Part shown: one piece after another, positions 59,883 through 64,000 of the stretch
How positions within the stretch are numbered: position 1 is the stretch's first letter
Layout: every line of letters starts with the position of its first letter
From: an uncultured delta proteobacterium
Lineage (GTDB): Bacteria; Desulfobacterota; Desulfuromonadia; Geobacterales; DSM-12255
NCBI GenBank assembly: GCA_963787125.1
Contig: CAWBBV010000023.1
Coordinates: forward strand, 64,001-128,000
Length of the DNA stretch: 64,000 nt
Reading direction: 5' to 3'
Program-made: the position numbers and the translations under genes
Notes under the pieces: generated by a model
The model's database searches: none
What the model was told of the DNA's origin: nothing
Seen by the model: the letters and a program-made list of their open reading frames with translations, nothing else

Positions 59883-60334
59883 TGTTTTACGCCTTTGCGG
59901 CTTTCCAGTATAAACGTTACCGGCCCATCGTTGGTCAGGCTCACTTTCATGTCAGCCTGAAAAATGCCGGTGGCAACCGGCACGTCCAGTTCTCTGAGCT
60001 GATTTACAAACTCTTCATAAAGTCTCTTGCCTTCGTCCGGAGTTGCTGCGGCGGTAAAAGAGGGCCGCCGTCCCTTTTCACAGCTGCCGGCAAGGGTAAA
60101 CTGGGAGATGGCGAGGATGCTGCCGCTGATCTCCTTTAGGGAAAGATTCATCTTCCCGCCGCTGTCCTCAAACATCCGCAGTTCGACGATCTTTTTGGCC
60201 AGCCACGTGGCATCAGTCTCGGTGTCGCCTTTCTCAACGGCCAGCAGCACCAGCGTCCCGGCACTGATTTCACCGACCGTGACTGAGTCAACAACGACAC
60301 TTGCTGCACTGACCCGCTGAATAACAGCTTTCAT
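59879..60334 (-). CDS. dtd: D-aminoacyl-tRNA deacylase
   Basis: QRV, SQFTL, NDGPVT. Confidence 0.96.
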   Translation of the reverse strand: MKAVIQRVSAASVVVDSVTVGEISAGTLVLLAVEKGDTETDATWLAKKIVELRMFEDSGGKMNLSLKEISGSILAISQFTLAGSCEKGRRPSFTAAATPDEGKRLYEEFVNQLRELDVPVATGIFQADMKVSLTNDGPVTFILESRKGVKQ

Positions 60335-60555
60335 TTGCCGCCTTTCAGAGCATTCAGGCGTTCCTGAGCTACCTTTGCGTTTGGCGAACCGGGATATTTG
60401 CTGAGGATCTCTTCGTAAAGCTTGACCGCATGTTCCTTATTATTCTGCTTCTCTTCAAACTGAGCTGTTTCCAGCTGTTGTGCACCTTTATCTGCGTTGC
60501 AACCGGAAGCATAAAGCGACAGAGCGGCTATCAGAACTAATAAAATCTTCTTCAT
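60331..60555 (-). CDS. Small TPR-like lipoprotein
   Basis: ASGC lipobox; KYPGS...AQERL. Confidence 0.75.
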   Translation of the reverse strand: MKKILLVLIAALSLYASGCNADKGAQQLETAQFEEKQNNKEHAVKLYEEILSKYPGSPNAKVAQERLNALKGGK

Positions 60556-61403
60556 ACGATCAAACCCCGCAGTAATTCAAGATTTACACCGTCCATCTCG
60601 TCATTATCACCTTTTGGTGTCTCGAGTATCTTCGGAACAGCCATGAAGCGGGAATCATTGAGTAGCATCCGGAACGGCTCAAGGCCGAGAGTCCCCTGGC
60701 CGATATGCTCATGGCGGTCGACACGGGATTCAAATTCCTTTTTGGAGTCGTTCATATGGAAGCAGGCGAGCCGCGCCAGCCCAATTTCCCGGTCAAATTC
60801 GTCAAAAGTAGCCGCATACCCGGCAGCTGTTTTCAGATCATAACCGGCGGCAAAGGAGTGGCAGGTATCGAGGCAGACGCCGAAACGGTCAGGATAGTCC
60901 GAAGCTTCGATGATGGCTTTCAAGTGGCTGAAACGGAAGCCCAGATTTGTCCCTTGGCCGGCTGTATTTTCAAGGAGGACTTTGCCGGTAAATTCGGGGG
61001 TTGACGAAAAGAGCAGATTGAATGAGTCGCTGATTCTTTTTAGACCGGTAGCTTCGCCTTCGCCAAGGTGCGAGCCGGGGTGCATGACGATCTTGTCGAT
61101 GCCGAGGCGCGAGCAGCGCTGCATCTCCTCCTGAAAGGCGATCATGCTTTTGTCGCGCACCTCCCCCGGAGCCGAGGCGAGATTGACGAGATAGATGTCG
61201 TGTGAAACTACGTCCAGAATCCCGCTCGCTTCCCGGTTTTCCCGGAACAGCGTTGCCTCCGAATCGGTCGGCATCTTGCCCCGCCACTGGTTGGCGTTCT
61301 GGGTGAATATCTGGATAACGCTGCAGCCGGCAGCCCTGCCACGCTCCGGTGCGAGGTGAATTCCCCCGCTGATGGACATGTGTGCGCCGAGAAAATCCTT
61401 CAT
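60552..61403 (-). CDS. nfo: Endonuclease IV
   Basis: GAHMSISGG, HPGS, ENTAG, DTCH, HMNDS, DRH, ETP. Confidence 0.96.
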   Translation of the reverse strand: MKDFLGAHMSISGGIHLAPERGRAAGCSVIQIFTQNANQWRGKMPTDSEATLFRENREASGILDVVSHDIYLVNLASAPGEVRDKSMIAFQEEMQRCSRLGIDKIVMHPGSHLGEGEATGLKRISDSFNLLFSSTPEFTGKVLLENTAGQGTNLGFRFSHLKAIIEASDYPDRFGVCLDTCHSFAAGYDLKTAAGYAATFDEFDREIGLARLACFHMNDSKKEFESRVDRHEHIGQGTLGLEPFRMLLNDSRFMAVPKILETPKGDNDEMDGVNLELLRGLIV

Positions 61404-61819
61404 GGGGTCTCCAGTTCATTTCTTATCAGTGCTATTCGTGCTGCGTATTCGGCGGCCATAAGCTCCAGCGGCTCATGTGCTTCGCTCCAGACAGGACGGG
61501 GCCATAAAGGGTCGGTGGCAAAACGGGGGATAATGTGCCAGTGCAGGTGCGGCACCATGTTGCCAAGCAGTTCGTAGTTGATCTTTGTCGGGTTGAAGGC
61601 TCGAAAGGTAGCGGCAGCAACGGCGTTCATCTCCTCGACGATGCCGCTTCTTGTTTCAAGGTCGAGGTGAAACAGTTCGGTAACGTGATTTTTGGCAAAG
61701 ACAAAACAGTAGCCACGGAAAAACTGGTCTCGGTTCAGCATGACATAGCAGTGATCGAGTTCCGCGATTTGCAGAGCCGGTTCATTATGCCATTTTGCAC
61801 ACATCGGACAGTCGGTCAT
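61400..61819 (-). CDS. HIT family hydrolase
   Basis: VPHLHWHIIPR. Confidence 0.92.
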   Translation of the reverse strand: MTDCPMCAKWHNEPALQIAELDHCYVMLNRDQFFRGYCFVFAKNHVTELFHLDLETRSGIVEEMNAVAAATFRAFNPTKINYELLGNMVPHLHWHIIPRFATDPLWPRPVWSEAHEPLELMAAEYAARIALIRNELETP

Positions 61820-62658
61820 TAAAGGTCAATCTCCCCGGAAAACACCTCGGTCGCTGGCCCGGTCATGTACAGATTGCCATCACCTGCCCACTCCAGCTCC
61901 AGGTCGCCACCGGAAAGATGGTTCAGTATCCTGTTCTCGGTAAGTCCGTTCAGAACTCCGGCTACACAGACTGCGCTGGCACCGGTGCCGCAGGCCAGGG
62001 TTTCACCCGCGCCGCGCTCCCAGGTTCGCTGACGCACCTCTGTAGGAGAGATGATCTGAACGAACTCGACGTTTGTGCGTCTTGGGAAGATATCGTGGTT
62101 CTCAATGAGCTGGCCGTACTTTTCGACCTGAAAGTTTTCCACATCATTCAGGAAAATTACACAGTGTGGATTCCCCATGGAAACAGTGGTGATATGAAAC
62201 ACCGTGTGGAGGATGTTGAGCGGCTGATTGACTGTCTGGTCAGCTGCCGGTTCGCCGAGCATGGGGATTTCCGCTTTTGTCAGGCGTGGTCTGCCCATGT
62301 TGACACGGACACGATCGACTTTATTGTCAGTACCGGTGAAAAGCTGGAGAGTCAGGACCCCGGCTCCGGTTTCAGCGGAGATCTCTTTTTTGGAGACGAT
62401 GCCATGATCAAAAGCGTATTTTGCTACGCAACGGATGCCGTTACCGCACATCTCCGATTCAGACCCGTCCGAATTGAACATTCTCATCCGCACATCAGCT
62501 TTATCAGAAGGCATTATCAGGATAAGTCCGTCCGAGCCGATGCCGAAATTGCGGTTTGATACCTTTATGGCGACCTCAGCAGGATTTTCAACAGACTCTT
62601 CAAAACAGTTCACATAAACGTAATCATTGCCTGCGCCGTGCATTTTCGTGAATTTCAT
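61819..62658 (-). CDS. dapF: Diaminopimelate epimerase
   Basis: KMHGAGND, EMCGNG, MGNPH, ERGAGETLACGTG. Confidence 0.97.
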   Translation of the reverse strand: MKFTKMHGAGNDYVYVNCFEESVENPAEVAIKVSNRNFGIGSDGLILIMPSDKADVRMRMFNSDGSESEMCGNGIRCVAKYAFDHGIVSKKEISAETGAGVLTLQLFTGTDNKVDRVRVNMGRPRLTKAEIPMLGEPAADQTVNQPLNILHTVFHITTVSMGNPHCVIFLNDVENFQVEKYGQLIENHDIFPRRTNVEFVQIISPTEVRQRTWERGAGETLACGTGASAVCVAGVLNGLTENRILNHLSGGDLELEWAGDGNLYMTGPATEVFSGEIDL

Positions 62659-62799
62659 AGATATTACCACCTCTTTCGTATTGATTGGCTACCCTCATTG
62701 ATAGCAAAAATGGTTAGCGTCAACAAGTAAAAACGGGCAGGGCTTGACCTCATCGGTTATTTATGTCAAAAATTTACAGATCAAAAGGAGGCTTTTAAA

Positions 62800-63009
62800 A
62801 TGGAATTGAAAACTCGGATTTGGATGACCGGAAGTCTTGACTGGATGGCGTTAATTGACGGCAAGGAAACCTGGCTCGGCAAGCGGGATGTCCCTGCGCC
62901 TCTGGGCGAAGGTGATGCCTGGATTAACCAGTTAGGCGATTCCTTTAAGGTTATTGATGGCGAGATTATCCTGCTTGGACGGGTGGATCCGCCGGAGATA
63001 ACCTGGTAG
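62800..63009 (+). CDS. Small hypothetical protein
   Basis: AAGGAGG RBS, 69-aa ORF. Confidence 0.7.
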   Translation: MELKTRIWMTGSLDWMALIDGKETWLGKRDVPAPLGEGDAWINQLGDSFKVIDGEIILLGRVDPPEITW

Positions 63010-63044
63010 TATATTCTTGACAATAATGCTGCATGAATATAAAA

Positions 63045-63062
63045 CCTGATTGTACAGTCAGG
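63045..63062. promoter_or_regulatory. Probable Rrf2 autoregulatory operator
   Basis: CCTGA-TTGTACAG-TCAGG palindrome just downstream of a TTGACA promoter element. Confidence 0.55.
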
Positions 63063-63071
63063 AGGTAAAAT

Positions 63072-63536
63072 ATGCGTCTATCAACCAAGAGCAGGTACGG
63101 CCTGCGGGCGATGTTTGATATAGCCTATAACTGCGGAGCCGGATCGACCCAGATCCAGGATATTTCGCGGCGGCAGCACATCTCGCAGCGCTACCTTGAG
63201 CAGATATTCCAGTCCCTGAAAAAGGCGGGAATTCTTACGAGCAAGAGGGGCCCGCAGGGTGGCTACATGCTTGCCCGCAAGCAGGAGGAGATTACTCTTG
63301 CCGAGATAATAAGAGCTACCGAAGGTGATCTGAAACTGGTCGAGTGTGCCCTGTCAGCGCGGCGCAAGGAAAAGTGCGAGTTCGATGAGGAGTGTGTTAC
63401 TCAGACGATCTGGCAGGGGGCGGAACTGCTTTTGACTGATTATCTGGCTGGAATGACCCTCCAGACTCTTTGTGATCGCGGCAAGGATATAGGGATACGC
63501 AAAGAAGGGGATGAGCTCTTTGCCTACTCTATCTGA
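63072..63536 (+). CDS. Rrf2-family regulator (IscR/CymR-like)
   Basis: STKSRYGLRA, YLEQI, SKRGPQGGY, three Cys. Confidence 0.92.
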   Translation: MRLSTKSRYGLRAMFDIAYNCGAGSTQIQDISRRQHISQRYLEQIFQSLKKAGILTSKRGPQGGYMLARKQEEITLAEIIRATEGDLKLVECALSARRKEKCEFDEECVTQTIWQGAELLLTDYLAGMTLQTLCDRGKDIGIRKEGDELFAYSI

Positions 63537-63670
63537 GCCACTATACGCTTTAAATATGTTGCTGGTGATCTGGAAGGGTGCTGCACCGACAACATGAATT
63601 GATTTTGCAAGCATATATTTCCACAACAAGCCGGGTGATTTGTTCATCCGGCTATTTTTATGGGTGCAGG

Positions 63671-63686
63671 TGTGATAAAAATCACA
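63671..63686. promoter_or_regulatory. CRP/FNR-family-type site
   Basis: Perfect TGTGA-N6-TCACA. Confidence 0.55.
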
Positions 63687-63715
63687 CAGCAATTCGACCT
63701 TTTGGAGACCCATTC

Positions 63716-64000
63716 ATGCCAGATCTAAATATTCCCCGGACCCCATCTGCTTATGATTATCCGCTGCTGATCAAAAACATGCTGTTCTGCCCGGCAGTTG
63801 ATGCGCCGGAGCAGGAGATTGTCTACCGTGGCACGCTGCGCTTCAGCTATCGGCAGTTGAAAGAGCGGATCAGGCGGCTTGCCAACACTCTTGTTGATCT
63901 GGGTGTCAAGCCGGGTGATACGGTTGCGGTCATGGACTGGGACTCACACCGCTACCTTGAATGTTTCTTTGCAGTGCCGATGATCGGCGCGGTGCTGCAC
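63716..64000 (+). CDS. Fatty-acid/acyl-CoA ligase, 3'-truncated by window edge
   Basis: Manual translation MPDLNIPRTPSAYDYPLLIKNML...EQEIVYRG...GVKPGDTVAVMDWDSHRYLECFFAVPMIGAVLH. Confidence 0.85.
   Translation, partial: MPDLNIPRTPSAYDYPLLIKNMLFCPAVDAPEQEIVYRGTLRFSYRQLKERIRRLANTLVDLGVKPGDTVAVMDWDSHRYLECFFAVPMIGAVLH

Overview
Chromosomal window from a Geobacteraceae/Desulfuromonadia-like anaerobe, inferred from the NifEN fusion, PpcA-type triheme cytochrome and Geobacter-type GEMM riboswitches. The backbone carries modE-modABC, nifHDK, nifEN, nifX-fdx-nifX-like-draT, draG and nifB-GNAT. These nif units have sigma54 promoters, and three of them have ANTAR-type leader terminators. Other backbone blocks are a KimA-like transporter plus kdpABCDE, ETF with a membrane oxidoreductase, a UV/light-stress-like gene block, and housekeeping genes (tcdA, dtd, nfo, dapF). 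The main accessory region is ~34.9-43.7 kb: an integron with an N-terminally extended IntI, a divergent small gene of unknown function and a six-copy 18-bp repeat array next to the putative attI. Its first attC is split by a frameshifted group IIC intron on the top strand. The region also holds group II intron 3'-end scars at the R'' boxes of two further genes, a RAYT-like Y1 transposase with terminal inverted repeats plus a matching MITE, an Abi HEPN gene with a divergent candidate ncRNA, and two type II TA pairs. Other notable items are an ABC-ATPase+TOPRIM pair after nifK, tandem cGAMP-type riboswitches before an RCC1 protein and c7 cytochrome, a tail-fibre-chaperone-like ORF where kdpF usually sits, and a perfect internal RBS in modE. 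All calls come from reading motifs by eye; no database searches were run.
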